Source of the DNA: the human T2T-CHM13v2.0 reference genome, Homo sapiens
Direction: 5' to 3' (one strand)
NCBI RefSeq assembly: GCF_009914755.1
Contig: NC_060925.1
DNA length: 64,000 bases
Below are positions 40,371-53,002 of this stretch, piece after piece. Position numbers and translations under genes: made by a program. How positions within the stretch are numbered: the first letter of the stretch is position 1; each line of letters opens with the position of its first letter. The notes beneath the pieces were generated by a model. The model searched no databases, was not told where the DNA came from, and saw only the letters and a program-made list of their open reading frames with translations.

Positions 40371-42299
40371 GTCTGCCAGAATAGAAAGGAGAAAAGGGCA
40401 GACTCACAGTCGGCTGGCCCCAGTGCTTAAGGCAGTGCAGGCCCAAGTGGGCCCAGCCTGCTGCTGAGTCAGGAAAGGCAGGCCCAGGAGCTGCCCCTGG
40501 GGCTCTGGCAGGGCATGCTCTGCCTTCTCTCCCTTAGCAGGAGACTAAAAAATATTGAGAAGAAACTAAAAACATAAACCACCACCACTTGTGGAGCAGT
40601 TTACCATGTGCTATGTAGCCACTGTTATCTATACCTTAGCTAGTCCTCGAATTAACTCTTTGGCAAAAATCTTTGTTACTCTGACTTCATATATGAGAAA
40701 AGTGGTGCCCAGAGAGGTTAGGAAGCTTTCTTAATATCAATACAGAGGCAGCAGAGCTTGCACAGGACCTCAGGTCCGTCTGAACCCGCCCCCCTACACA
40801 CACCCCTTTAGTCTCATGCTGCCCAATTTAACACACTAACAATGAGCGCCTATTTGTGCCCAGACTCCTTGTTTAAGGGGAGGAAATGATGATCTATTCA
40901 CCTCAAGGCTCTAAACTGGATGACTTTAGTCCTAGCTGCCCCGGCATCCTTCTGGAAGTTCTCTGTGCCCTTGCTTTCCACCGCAACAGAAGTTCTCAGG
41001 ACTCTTAATGAGCCACACCAGCTCCCTGGCGTGACTTGGGAAGCCAGTGGGGTCGCACAGCAGGCTGCTGCCATCCAGCTTTTGCCACCTTCAAAGTGCC
41101 ATTAGTGGACAATAGAAACTGGCTGCTTAGCCGGTGGTCTCAGGCAGTCCCAGGCCCCCATAGCTTCAACCACTGTCACTATTATCCAGAGCTATCAGCC
41201 ACTGGGATTCTTTCCTTAATGCGCAGGCAGCAGATAATGGGCCTCCTGTGGTCTACTCCGCACCAGCCATAATCACACTCCTCACACATGCTCCTCCACA
41301 TTCCCCCAACCAAGTGTTTACTCTCTCAAAACCCAATTGTAGCTACTGCCCATGTAAACTCCTATCCTACTCCTTTTATTCTGGGGACCACTCTTCCCAC
41401 CCCAACCAAGCTAACTGGCCCTACGCATTTTGCAAATTCCCTTCTTGTCCCATGGCGTATCATTCTGTGGATGCAAGGTCTTCCCAACCTAAATCTAAGT
41501 CATCTCTTCCAGGAAGCCCTCCCTGATAGACCATGCCCAAACCTGACCTTCCCTTTGCTTTGCATTTCCTTGGAACTTAATGCCTTCCCCGCTTTTACAT
41601 TGGTTAGAGCCATTTATGTCACATTTATTCATTTGACAAACATTTGCTAAGGGTCTACAGCTATGTGGCAGGCATTAACTGTGTATCTACTATGTGCCAC
41701 AGCACACTGTGCTAGGCCCTGACACTCAGTGCCCTCCGGGAGCTTGCACTCATGTTAATTATCTTCAGAGCCTTGCCTGGGGGAGGCCCCCCTCTGCACT
41801 TAGATGGGGCACTCTCCCAAGGACTGTCTTCTCTTTGCTCCATCCTAGCACCTGACATTTAATAGGTCTTTTGCATCGTTATCTCATCTTATCTCCGCAG
41901 CACCCCTCAAGGTAGGATGGAGACACTGAGGCTCAGAAAAGATGAAGCAACCTGTCCAATAGATCCCAGCTGGTTACCAGCTGAATCATCAATAGAAATT
42001 CAGGTCCTCTGACTCCCAAGGCAAGTGGCCTTTGCCCCACAACATGCAGACTAGGATCACTGAGAGCTAGATGGGACCAAAGTGATGACTTCTCAACTGC
42101 TGTCACAGCCAAATGGACATTTAGGAAGAAAGAAAGCTAATGTGAAATTAGAGGGCATTATAAACTGCTTGTGTAACTGGAAAGCTTCAACAAGGTTGTA
42201 CTTGTATTCCTGGTGCATAATAGGTGCTCAGTATGTGTTTGTCAAATGAATAAACAGCTTACTAGAGAGGTAAATGGCAGAGGGTGTAAGCTACCTAGT

Positions 42300-42520
42300 A
42301 TTATAATAATAGCTATCTATTGAGTGCATACTTGTGTGAGGCATAATTCTAAATGCAACTCATTTGATCTTCACAACAGCCTTTTGAGATGGTTGTTGTT
42401 ATGACCTCTGTTTTAAGATGAGGAACCTGAGACAAAATCAGGTTAAATATCCTGCTTGAGGATGGAGTGGCAGGACTTGGAAAGGACCTGGGCAGACTGA
42501 CTCCAGAGCTGTGCTCTTCA
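42300..42520 (-). mobile_element. MIR
   Basis: ATAATAATAGCTA...CTCATTTGATCTTCACAACAGCC...AGATGAGGAACCTGAG. Confidence 0.8.
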
Positions 42521-43434
42521 AGTTAGCCCAGTACAGTTCATCCATGAGATCACTCAATTCTAATTACAAGCATACTGAGTGAGTGTTCTGATGAGTGCTG
42601 AGTGAGACCTGAAGTCACACTTCTGCCCTGGGCCCCAAGGTTCTGCTTGAGTCTGCATGAGTCACTCCTAGCTATGATGAGGTGCAGTAAAAGTCCAGCC
42701 AGTAGGGATGTGTTTCAGCTGCACGAGGACTTCAGGAGCCCTCTTTGGGGTCCACATCCCAGAATCTGACTTTGATTGCTCTGACTTTGATTGCCAGGCA
42801 TCCCTGGTAAGAGTCAGGGCTATGGATCGTGAAGGGATTTTGAAGATGGAAGGAAATTTTTAGTATCTCAAAGGCTGAAGTAGAGGATAGAATAGGGTTT
42901 GTCACTGGGCACAAAGACATGCTGAAAAGATTTATAAATAGGATAAAGAAAGGGGCCTCAATGAATAAGCCCTTTATGGGATAGGATACGAAGGGCAGGG
43001 CTGGGCAATAGGAAACTCCAGCTCTGGCTACTTTGCAGCCCCCATTAGAGAGGCAGCTCGTGATGAGACAGAAATGTCTCACCATCAATAAGACAAGGAA
43101 AGGAACCAAATGAAGAGAACTTAGAAACAGTTTTCTCTGAGGTTGAGTTTCTCTGACAAAGTCTTATCTGAGAGGGATACAATTCAGAAGAAATGAGTGA
43201 AAGTGGAGAGACTATTCCAGAAGTCACAAAAGCTGAAGGCTTTATGTCTAAAGGTGCTGAATTGGAAGTCGATTAGGATCCTGGTGTTTTTATCTGACCT
43301 GAGGCCAATAGCTTACTAAACCTTCCATAGATATCAGTTTCTCCATTCATTAAAAGGGTATTGGGTCACCTGTTTGTGTCTTTGTCCTTTGGCTTAGGGA
43401 CTGTGTTGGATAAAGGAGACTGGAGATCACATGA

Positions 43435-43623
<189 letters not shown>

Positions 43624-43922
43624 TGATCAGAGCTTTCAGCAAGGGAGAGGCAGGAGCCACCTCCACACTGTACTTCAGTTACCCCAATTGCATTTAGAGA
43701 GATGCAACTATTTTGATTGTCTTAGAGCTCCTGAGAGATAGGAAAGTCTAGTGTCAGGCACCTTGGGTAGGCAACGTTACTTCCCAGTTATCTACAAGTT
43801 CAGCTCTCTGGGGTCAGCCCATAGAAAACGAATGCCAGGAAGAAATGTTTCCTGCAATTAAAGCAATAAAGAGAAATGCAAACTGGGTTTAGAGGGCTGC
43901 CAGGGGGAGAATCCTTAGGGAC

Positions 43923-44010
43923 ATGGTGGTCAACTGTCCCAGTTTGCCCAGGACTTTCAGTGCTCAAACCGGGACAGTCTCAGGCACACTGAGAAAAATT
44001 GGTTGTCCTA
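43923..44010 (-). mobile_element. MER81 (hAT-Blackjack)
   Basis: GTCCCAGTTTGCCCAGGACTTTCAGTGCTCAAACCGGGACAGTC. Confidence 0.75.
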
Positions 44011-46603
44011 CCAAAGAACTCACGTAAATAAATATCTGGTTTGACAAAGAACCAATGGGCACCACATGAGATCTTCATGCTCAGAAATATTGAGAGCTCA
44101 GGTCCCAGGACTAGGAGCCCGAATGCCCAGCTGCCTGCTTGGTGAGCCCTCAGCACACACGTTACTGTGGGCAAGTACCTGCCTCGCTGGGCTTTGGTTC
44201 CTCTATAAGATCTGGATGGGTTTTCCTTCCTATCTGGAAGACAAAATCCTATTAGAAACTTCTAAAGGTGCTCAGGACCCTGAGCCCTGAGAAAGTTCCT
44301 TATTGGTGGCTTCTTAGAGTAGCCTGTGAACAAACCCAGGAGGCCTTGGCGCAAGACTCTACTCTGCCTGTCCCTAAGGTCACTTAGTCCTGCAGAGATC
44401 TCAGGGCCCAGGCGAACAAGGGGTGGAAGGGCAGCATGGGGAGAAGTAGTAGCTGCCATTTCCAGGCTGCCAAAGCCAAGCACCGCTGGGCTGCCATTAA
44501 CATATAGACTGGGCTGAACACAAAAGGGGCAGAGTCCCTCTGCCCACAGCAAGCCCCATTCCTCACCCTGCCCAGCCGTCTCCCTAATGCATCCAGCACA
44601 GGGAGCCATGCTTCCCCTGGCTTGAGACCACTTAATTTTCTCCTAAGCTGCTTTGTGAGGCAGGCTCTGAGCACTCCACGTGTCCAGTCCTGCTGTGGCC
44701 AACTTTCTCCATGGCTGAGGGCAGCTCCAGTTCCATGCCCCCTTCTGCCAGCTGAAACAGAGCCCGGCTCCAACAGTGCCCTTCAGTTTGTGAAGACCAG
44801 AGGGCACAAGTAGACACTCAGCTCCTCTCTCCCTTAGACCCAACCAGCCAGGAGAGTGAAGCTTCTCCCTCCTGCCTGTGCCAACACACGGTCACGTCTT
44901 AGCTCATCAAATGTTCTATCAGTGCCCACTATGTGCAAAGCACTGGCAAAGAAACAGAGACAATCGAGACCCATATTCAGAACCCAAAAAGGGCCATGAG
45001 AGCACAGATAGACAGAGGCTTCCCAGCTCTCATTCTAACAAGACTTTGCATGGCTGCCCCAGTCCATGCCACCTCCCAAACCCAAGTGAGCACCACAGAG
45101 GCATGGAGACAAAAGAGAAAGAAGAGAACCAAAAGCCTGGTTAATTAATTCACAAAGCAGTGCTCCAGGTGATAGATCATTGAGCCTTACACCCACTCAC
45201 AACACATTTCTAGCAAATAATTTTTGCTGTCCAAGCCCTAAATCTGACTGCTAGGGATTAAGCTAGAGAATTAAGAGTCGGAGGATAAATGTAATCAAAC
45301 CCCTTTCCTTCTCCTTGGTTGGTTGGTTCATTCATTCATTCCATATATATTTTATGAGTGCCTTCTGTGTGCCAGTATGGAGCTCAGCACTAGGACTTGA
45401 CCTCACTCAGCATTCACTGCCTTTCATCATCCTTAGACTAGCTCCCTCCTTCCTATATGATCCAAATAGGGTGAGGAACTGCTCACTGCCCAAACCCTGG
45501 GGCCTCCGCACTTAGGCAGGGAGTGGTCCAGGCAGAAGCGCGCTGGGTACGGCAGCCTCTGTAGTAGGGATTTGTGGACAAAGCAGCTACTTGGGTTTCA
45601 GCCTCTCCCCAGTCTCTCTCCATCCCCTCCTCCTCCTCCTGGGATAGAAACCCTGCCACTCTCTGCTCACATGCTTGAGTCACAAGGCTGAACTCCCAGC
45701 AAAAGAAGTAGCTCAAGGATGTAACAGGCGCGAGCCCAGTGAAACAGAAATACAGTATTTCATTTTGTTCACTTTGCACCATTCTTCCTCGTTTAATGCC
45801 CAAGAAAGCAGTACCAGGGCTTCCTGCTTGTTTGTCCTTCCTACCTCTCCCACCCACCTGGCGCTGAGGCCTCACTCCTGATTTATCCCCAGCTCCATTC
45901 CTTTCTGTCTCCCTCTCAAGGCCCACAGAGGGTGTCTTGTGTCTCTAGTGCCCCACATGTGGAGAGGTACAGGAAGTAGACAGCGATAAGGAACTAGCAC
46001 AGGGCAAGTGAGCCTTGATGCCGACGGGCCCCTTCTGGGAGCCCCTTCTTGGCCTGCAGTCTCTGGCCCGCTGAGGCCCAGGAGAGCGCTGAGAGCCCCG
46101 TCGTTGATTGGCACCTTGCAAGCAGACTTCCTCATCTGTCCATGCACGTTGTGGTGTCCAATGGTCTAACTGCAGATTTCCATCTCTGATCTGCATGGGC
46201 AGATGGGCGAGCGCTGTGCCAGGCCCCAGGGGACCACAAGCTCCTGGGGAGGAGGCACAGCCACCTGGCTCTCTAGACCAAGGACTCAGGGGGCCTGTCT
46301 CAAGGGCAAGAGACAGCCCAGGCCTCCAAAAGGGAAAAATACAAGAGCAAGTATAAGCCAAACCCCAATCCTCTCTCCTTTCTTCTCACTTGCTCCCATT
46401 CCTAAGGAAAGGACAGGGCAGGTATCAGAGAGCTGGGATGGCTGGCTTTCCTTTCCCATTTGAGGCATATCCTCTGACTCACTGTGTTTCTGAAAGCCAG
46501 TTCCCTGACTTCTCTGGATAAAACCTCATTATTCTCAAAATTAGAGCTGGAGCCCTGGCTGCTTTCTGATGACCCTGGCTGGGATAAAAAGGAAAGAAGC
46601 TGC

Positions 46604-46944
<341 letters not shown>

Positions 46945-46958
46945 CACAGTCAATTTTC

Positions 46959-47248
46959 TTTCTTTTTTTTTTTTTTTAGACAGAGTTTCGCTCTTGTTGC
47001 CCACGCTGGAGTGCGATGGCACCATCTCGGCTCACTGCAACCTCTGCCTCTCGGGTTTCCCTGCCTCAGCCTCTGAGTAGCTGGGATTACAGGCATGCAC
47101 CACCATGCCTGGCTAATTGTGTATTTTTAGTAGAGATGGGGTTTCTCCATGTTGGTCAGGCTAGTATCAAACTCCCGACCTCAGGTGATCCGTCAGCCTC
47201 AGGCTCCCAAAGTGCTGGGATTACCGGCTTGAGCCACTGTGCCCGGCC
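46959..47248 (-). mobile_element. AluSp-like element
   Basis: Antisense dimer; TSD CACAGTCAA(T/C)TTTC (46945-46958 and 47250-47263). Confidence 0.95.
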
Positions 47249-47354
47249 TCACAGTCAACTTTCAATTGTCTGCTGCTACTCTGTCCCTGTGCAGTGTCTG
47301 CACAGTCTTGCAGCTAGATACTAGATTGCTATGAGTAGATGATTTCAAAATAAC

Positions 47355-47585
47355 AATAGCTGACATTTGTTGCACATCTACTATATCCCAGGCACTGTGC
47401 TGAGCTCTTTGTTTATATCATCTCACTTAATATTCATAACAACCTTATAAGGCTGGATAGAAACTAATGTGGAGAGAAGTTAGCTAGCTTGCCCAAAGCC
47501 AAACAACTAGACAGTGGTGGAGCCACAGTCCGCAGCCAACCCAGCTGACCTCAAAGCCCCACTCTTACCCTCTGTGTTGCACTAC
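47355..47585 (-). mobile_element. MIR
   Basis: AATAGCTGACATTT...CCAGGCACTGTGCT...ATAACAACCTTATAAGG...CTTGCCCAAAGCCA. Confidence 0.8.
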
Positions 47586-47994
47586 TTCTTGTGTGTGTAT
47601 GTTTTGTAGACTGTAAGCTATTATTATAGAGTTATTGTTAGGTCACTGATAGTAGAAAGAGCCTGGGGTGATTAGAGGGGATAGTTGGGAAAGATTTGTG
47701 TCTGAGCATTAATTTGATTAAACATGGCTGAATTGTATTTCAGAGCTAACTGGAAAAGTTATTTGGAATGTTTCAGGCTCTGACTCCCTCCATCAGTACG
47801 AAGACTTAAAACATGACTGGAAAGCAATGCAAAGGACTCTTTCCAGGACCTTCAACCTGGCCTTCATGGGGCCCGTGTCTTACCAGTCCACAGGGAAGCC
47901 AGAACAGGTGGGAGTGGGCCATCCTATTGCCATCCCAGAGCCTCTACCACAACACCTCCCAGAGAAGGGCCTCTTTCCAAAGCAAAAGATCGCT

Positions 47995-48070
47995 TACTGT
48001 GAGATCAAAGAAGCAACGTCTAATTAGAGAGTCATTAATAGGCAATTAGCCTGTAATGGATTAATGGAGC
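47995..48070. promoter_or_regulatory. Candidate enhancer (TCF/LEF and homeodomain cluster)
   Basis: AGATCAAAG at 48002-48010 followed by CTAATTAG, CATTAAT, CAATTA, TAATGGATTAATGG. Confidence 0.5.
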
Positions 48071-48334
48071 TAGGCAAAGATCATCTAGGCTGCCAATATC
48101 ACACAAAAAAAGAGACAACCAGACATCGTGTGCCTCCTGATAGATGTGCATACCACGAATGGATTCTTGCCTCTGTCCCACAAATAAGTAAATTAAAGGA
48201 ACCTGAATTTGATTAAGCCCTAAATCTAACTACATTTACAGGAACTACAGGGACAGCATAACATGTTAAATGACACGATGAGGATGCAATCAGCCAAATC
48301 CAGAACGTGAAAAACTCTACAGGACAATCACCCA

Positions 48335-48466
48335 AGCTGCATGCAGTGACTCATTGTCTGTAATCCCAGCTACTGGAGTGGCCAAGGTGGGCAGATCACT
48401 TGAGGCCAGGAGTTTGAGACCAGCCTGGGTAACAAAGTGAGACCCTGTCTCAAAAAAAAAAAAAAA
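48335..48466 (+). mobile_element. FLAM (Alu left monomer)
   Basis: Single arm ending GAGACCCTGTCTC plus poly-A. Confidence 0.85.
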
Positions 48467-48719
48467 GAGAAGACATATAATCCAGTTTCTTCAGAAGAGA
48501 GAGAGAGAACACCTACAGATTAGGAGTGATTTAAATGCTATAATGACCAATCACAGTGAATGGACCTGATTTGGATCCAAATTTAAAAGAACACTAGAAA
48601 AAAATATATATATAATCAGGGAAATATAAACAGTAACAGGACAGTTGATTACATTAAGGAATTGTTCATTTTGTTTAGGTGTGATCATATTTTGGTATTT
48701 TTCTTAGAGTCCCTATCTT

Positions 48720-48752
48720 TACACTTGATCTTAGCCAAAAAGCTGCAAGGTG
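48720..48752 (-). pseudogene. U2 snRNA 5'-fragment retropseudogene (3'-truncated)
   Basis: Minus TTTTGGCTAAGATCAAGTGTA (48740-48720) equals U2 nt 15-35, 21/21; the preceding 12 nt match U2 nt 3-14 at only 6/12. Confidence 0.85.
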
Positions 48753-48862
48753 GGGTTTTACCATGTTGGGCAGGCTGGTCTGAAACTCCTGACCTCAGAT
48801 GATCTGCCCGCCTTGACCTCCCCAAGTGCCGGGATTACAAGCATGAGCCACTGCACTCAGCT
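48751..48862 (-). mobile_element. AluS left arm fused to the U2 fragment
   Basis: Antisense Alu nt 1 to about 112, ending AAACCCCA; no linker, right arm or A-tail. Confidence 0.9.
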
Positions 48863-49465
48863 GGAAGTCCCTTTCTTTAGAGATGAAATATTCAGCTGTC
48901 TAGGATTTGCTTCAAAATTGTCAGAGGGCAGAAAGGACCAGGAACATACTTGAAAGAAGACTGACTAAGAGAAGACTTCAAAACCACTGAAGCTTGGGCA
49001 CATTGGTGTTATTATAGCAGTCTCTCTACTTTTGTGTATGCTTGATTCTCTAATAAAAAGCTTTAAAAATATAAATCAGACCCTACAGATTAGGAGTAAC
49101 TGTGCTAGGCGATAGTGCAATAAACTCCTCTAAGCTGGCCAGGCCTCTGGAGGTCCTGCTCTGGAGAACTTGTAGAGAGAACCCTCAGGCTGTTCTTCCC
49201 TTCCCAGCAGAACAACTGTGACAAGTTAGAGCTCACTTTCTATAGCCAGATCCCCTCAGAGCCTTTGACAGAGGTAGAGCCAGTGCTACCGAAGACGAAG
49301 CAGCCCCACCATGAGGTTGTGGAGGAGCTTCATTCTGTCTTTCGATGTGAAGCACCCCTCCTTCCCTAGATCACCCTGGCTCAGAGCCGAAAACAAACAG
49401 CATCTCCAGCCTCATACTGAGTTTGGCCTTTCAGTACCCTGGGTTCTGGAAAGAACAAGCATCTC

Positions 49466-49784
<319 letters not shown>

Positions 49785-50499
49785 TCAGCCAAGCAGCACC
49801 TGCAGCAACTGATCAAATGCCTTGTTGCCTTTCTGCCTGCATTAGGTAGGTACCAGAAGTGGGAAACAGGAAGAAGAAAGGAGGCAGAAGGCGTGGGAAG
49901 AACAAGAACACAGAAGAGCTAAGCACCTAAGTCCATGCTGCAGCCCAGCCCAGCCCAGCGACCCATGCTACAGCCAACCCCACCTTGGGCAAACAGCTGG
50001 CACCTCCCAGGCTGCTTCCTCCCTTAACACTTCCTGGTGCTACTGATCCCAGAGCTCTTGGGAGAGAAGAGAAGAACATTCTGGAGGAAAGAGAATTGGT
50101 GGAAAAGGGGACAGAGAGTTCAGAAGGGACACGATGAATATTCAGTTTTTAGAGAAGTCCTTTGGAAGGGAGAACATAGAAGGTGAGAGAATCATGCTTG
50201 GCCTATTTCAGAGCTCAAATTTGCCAAGTAAATAATGAGTAAAAGGGAGAAAAGAGAAAAAGAGAAAGGAAAAAGAAAGCAACTGTAAGGAGTGAGGGAA
50301 GAAAGATGGAGAGGGCAGTGTTAGAGAGGCCCCTGGGAACATGGAAACTGAGTCAACGGTCAGCCGGCTGTCCCCCCCGGGTCCCAAAGCCCCATGCCCC
50401 TAGAGTCACCCAGCCGTCCCCCCGTCCTCAAAGCCCCATGCCCCGAGAGGCCCCAGTGTCCATCCCAGCCCACTTTGCTCAGAGGGAGCCTCCCCTTAC

Positions 50500-50755
50500 C
50501 AGCCTAGAAAGGTGTGCAGGAGCCGGGGTGCAAACACACCTCATGCCCAAACGCTTCCTTTCCTAACTCCTGGCAGCCTGCTCCAGGAAGAGAGACAAGT
50601 GGACTAATCCACCTGCCTCCTGAGGGGCGGAGTGCTGGGAGGAAGCACCACCTCAGACCAATCAAGGAGCCAAAAGGAGCCTGCCCTAGCTCACCCTTTG
50701 CCGGCATGTTGCTGCAGGGGACAGAGGGTTAACCCAGAATTCAGCCAATGTGCTT
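50500..50755 (-). promoter_or_regulatory. Candidate promoter and short first exon
   Basis: AGCCAATG (CCAAT at 50745), GACCAATCA (CCAAT at 50658), GGGGCGGAGT (50624-50633), minus donor CTG|GTAAGG at 50500/50499. Confidence 0.4.
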
Positions 50756-50927
50756 GTTCCATATTCATGCCCACGCTGGGAAGTCACAAGATGGCCAAGG
50801 CACAGCTGCCTGCAAGCCACGCCACCTCCCACCTCCCCACACTCACTGATCTTCAGGGACCACAGGGCCTGAGGTTACCTCTGAATCAACCCATGCCAAG
50901 CCAGGCAAGCAGGCATCAGTCCTCACT

Positions 50928-51231
50928 GTTTGTTTTTTTTTAAGACAGAGTCTCGCTGTGTCACCCAGGCTAGAGTGCAGTGGCACGATCCATCTCGGCT
51001 CACTGCAACTTCCACTTCCCAGGTCCCGGTTCAAGCAATTCTCCTGCCTCAGCCTCCTGAGTATTTGGAATTACAGGAACGCGCCACCATGCCCAGCTAA
51101 TTTTTGTATTTTTAGTAGAGATGGGGTTTCACCATGTTGGCCAGGCTGGTCTTGAACTCTTGACCTCGTGATCCACCCACTTTGGCCTCCCAAAGTGCTG
51201 GGATTACAGGCGTGAGCCACTGCGCCTGACC
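50928..51231 (-). mobile_element. AluSg/Sc-like element
   Basis: Antisense dimer with GACCTCGTGATCC; TSD CAGTCCTCACT (50917 and 51232). Confidence 0.95.
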
Positions 51232-51999
51232 CAGTCCTCACTCTTCAGGCACTAAGGAAACAGGCCAACAAGTCCCTCGCTGAAGGTCAAGGGACCTCAA
51301 GACTAATCCCGGCAGCAGTCCCAACTCTGAAACTCAAATCCTGGCTCTGCCCCTTGCTGGCTGCATGACCTAAGGCAAGCTACTCAGTGCCTCCAAGCCT
51401 CAGTTATAAAGTCACTGTGATTCTTTCCCTCAGCCTGCACTTCCAGAAAGATGAGAGTGTGCATAGAAGGAAAAGTGCTCTGAGCTCTCAGTAGAAAAGA
51501 CGCTCTATAAATGCAGAGTATCATTATCATAAACGAAAGTTCCTGCCCCACCTAGGGAGGAGGAGGCAGGTTTCTGTTAGGCTCTGCAATGCCTCCGCCA
51601 AATGAGGATAAGGCAAACGACAAACTAAGCCAGAGAAGACCCAGGCCCCCAGGCCTCGGGCACCCTGCCCAGGAGAGCCAGAGGCCCCCAGCTCCACCAG
51701 GCGGGAAATGAAAACTGGCTGAGTGAACAGAGTGAGGAAGAAGGGGAAGGAAGGGACAGGGGCAGGGAGGAATGATCTGGCCCTGGCATTTGTGTTTGTA
51801 GGATGACTAGGGTTTCTCTTACCCTCCAGGGCTTTGCCCAAAGCAAAGTGGCTTGGAGGAGCAGGCAATTCCCACCCCAAAGGCCCCTTCTTTACTCTAC
51901 TGGGGAGGAAGCTGTGGGCTGCAGAAACTTCCAAGAGAAAGTACAGCTCAAGCCCAGGACTCCAGTTCTCTGCCTCTCCTAAGAACAATAACAATATTA

Positions 52000-52225
52000 A
52001 TAATAATCTCTGACATTTGCATAGCGTTTTACACACATTGACTATTTTTCATTGCAGCTTCACATAACCCAAAGGAAGCACTATATTATCATCTCTCCTT
52101 CTCAGCTGATTTAAACAGTTAGAGCTCAAAGGGGATAGTGAATGATCTGAAGTTACACATCCTTAGGGAAGTGTCAAAGCCAGCTGGGAACCCAAATCTT
52201 TGACTCTCCAGCTCAGAGCTCTCTC
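52000..52225 (-). mobile_element. MIR
   Basis: TGACATTTGCATAGCGTTTTAC...CTTCACATAACCC...TGACTCTCCAGCTCAGAGCTCT. Confidence 0.6.
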
Positions 52226-53002
52226 TCACCCGCTTCAGCAGGCTAGGCCTCAGCTTGCAGGGAAGGGGGAATCCTGCAGCCCAGGTCCTGCTCTCTGGGA
52301 GGAACCTCCTGGCCCCTGCTCTCCAGCTGCCCTGGGGGAGAGCTCCTTCTCAGGCTATGCAGTTAGCAACCCACTTCCAGACCGGGCAAGTTCAGTGGCT
52401 TCAGTCCAAGGTTTCATTAGCAAAAAACTCCCTCAAAAACAAAAAACGTCCATTCTTTATGCTCCTGATCATTGACAAGCTTTCCTAATCAGCCTATTTA
52501 AAATGGTAAGGTCCCTCTGAGGTTGGGAGCTCTGAGGAGGCCTAGCCTTGCACTATTTGTCCCCAGGTCTTGAACACAACAGCCAAGGGTAATATGAAAG
52601 CAGGGGTGGCAAGGAAGAGAATCCCATTTCTAGAACCTGCTCTGGGGGAAGTCCTGGGATGGGATGATATACAAGTGCAGTAAGGACAGATATGCTTCGG
52701 TCCAGGTGCCTGGAAAAGCTCCCCTGTGGTGAACATGCTTCTGGGCAAGGGATGAAGGCAGACAGCATAGCTAACCCTCCATCACAGCGGGAGAGCCAAG
52801 GGTGGCAGGGAGAGGCAACAAGATGAGTGGGACGCAAAGCCTTTGTATCCTGCTCAGTCAAACCTCAAATCTTTGTCCTAAGAGAGGGAGTCAAAGACTC
52901 TGACCCTCCACACAACTTTCCTAATTACCTATGACATACATTTGTGCTCCTCATAAGATCACCACGGAGGATGGTTCTGGGGCTATCATTCCAAACTTGG
53001 TC

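Larger units (their letters stand above)
48075..49070 (+). mobile_element. Old L1 3' UTR (L1MC4/5-like) carrying two later insertions
   Basis: ATGAGGATGCAATCAGCCAAATCCAGAA...ACTCTACAGGACAA; CTCTCTACTTTTGTGTATGCTTGA...TAATAAAAAG. Confidence 0.75.

Noticed and set aside
42800-43250. Purine-rich stretch resembling a decayed coding or retro-element sequence
   Set aside because: I could not assign any family or sustained reading frame.
48720-48752. Functional U2 gene
   Set aside because: Only about 33 nt; no Sm site, PSE or 3' box.
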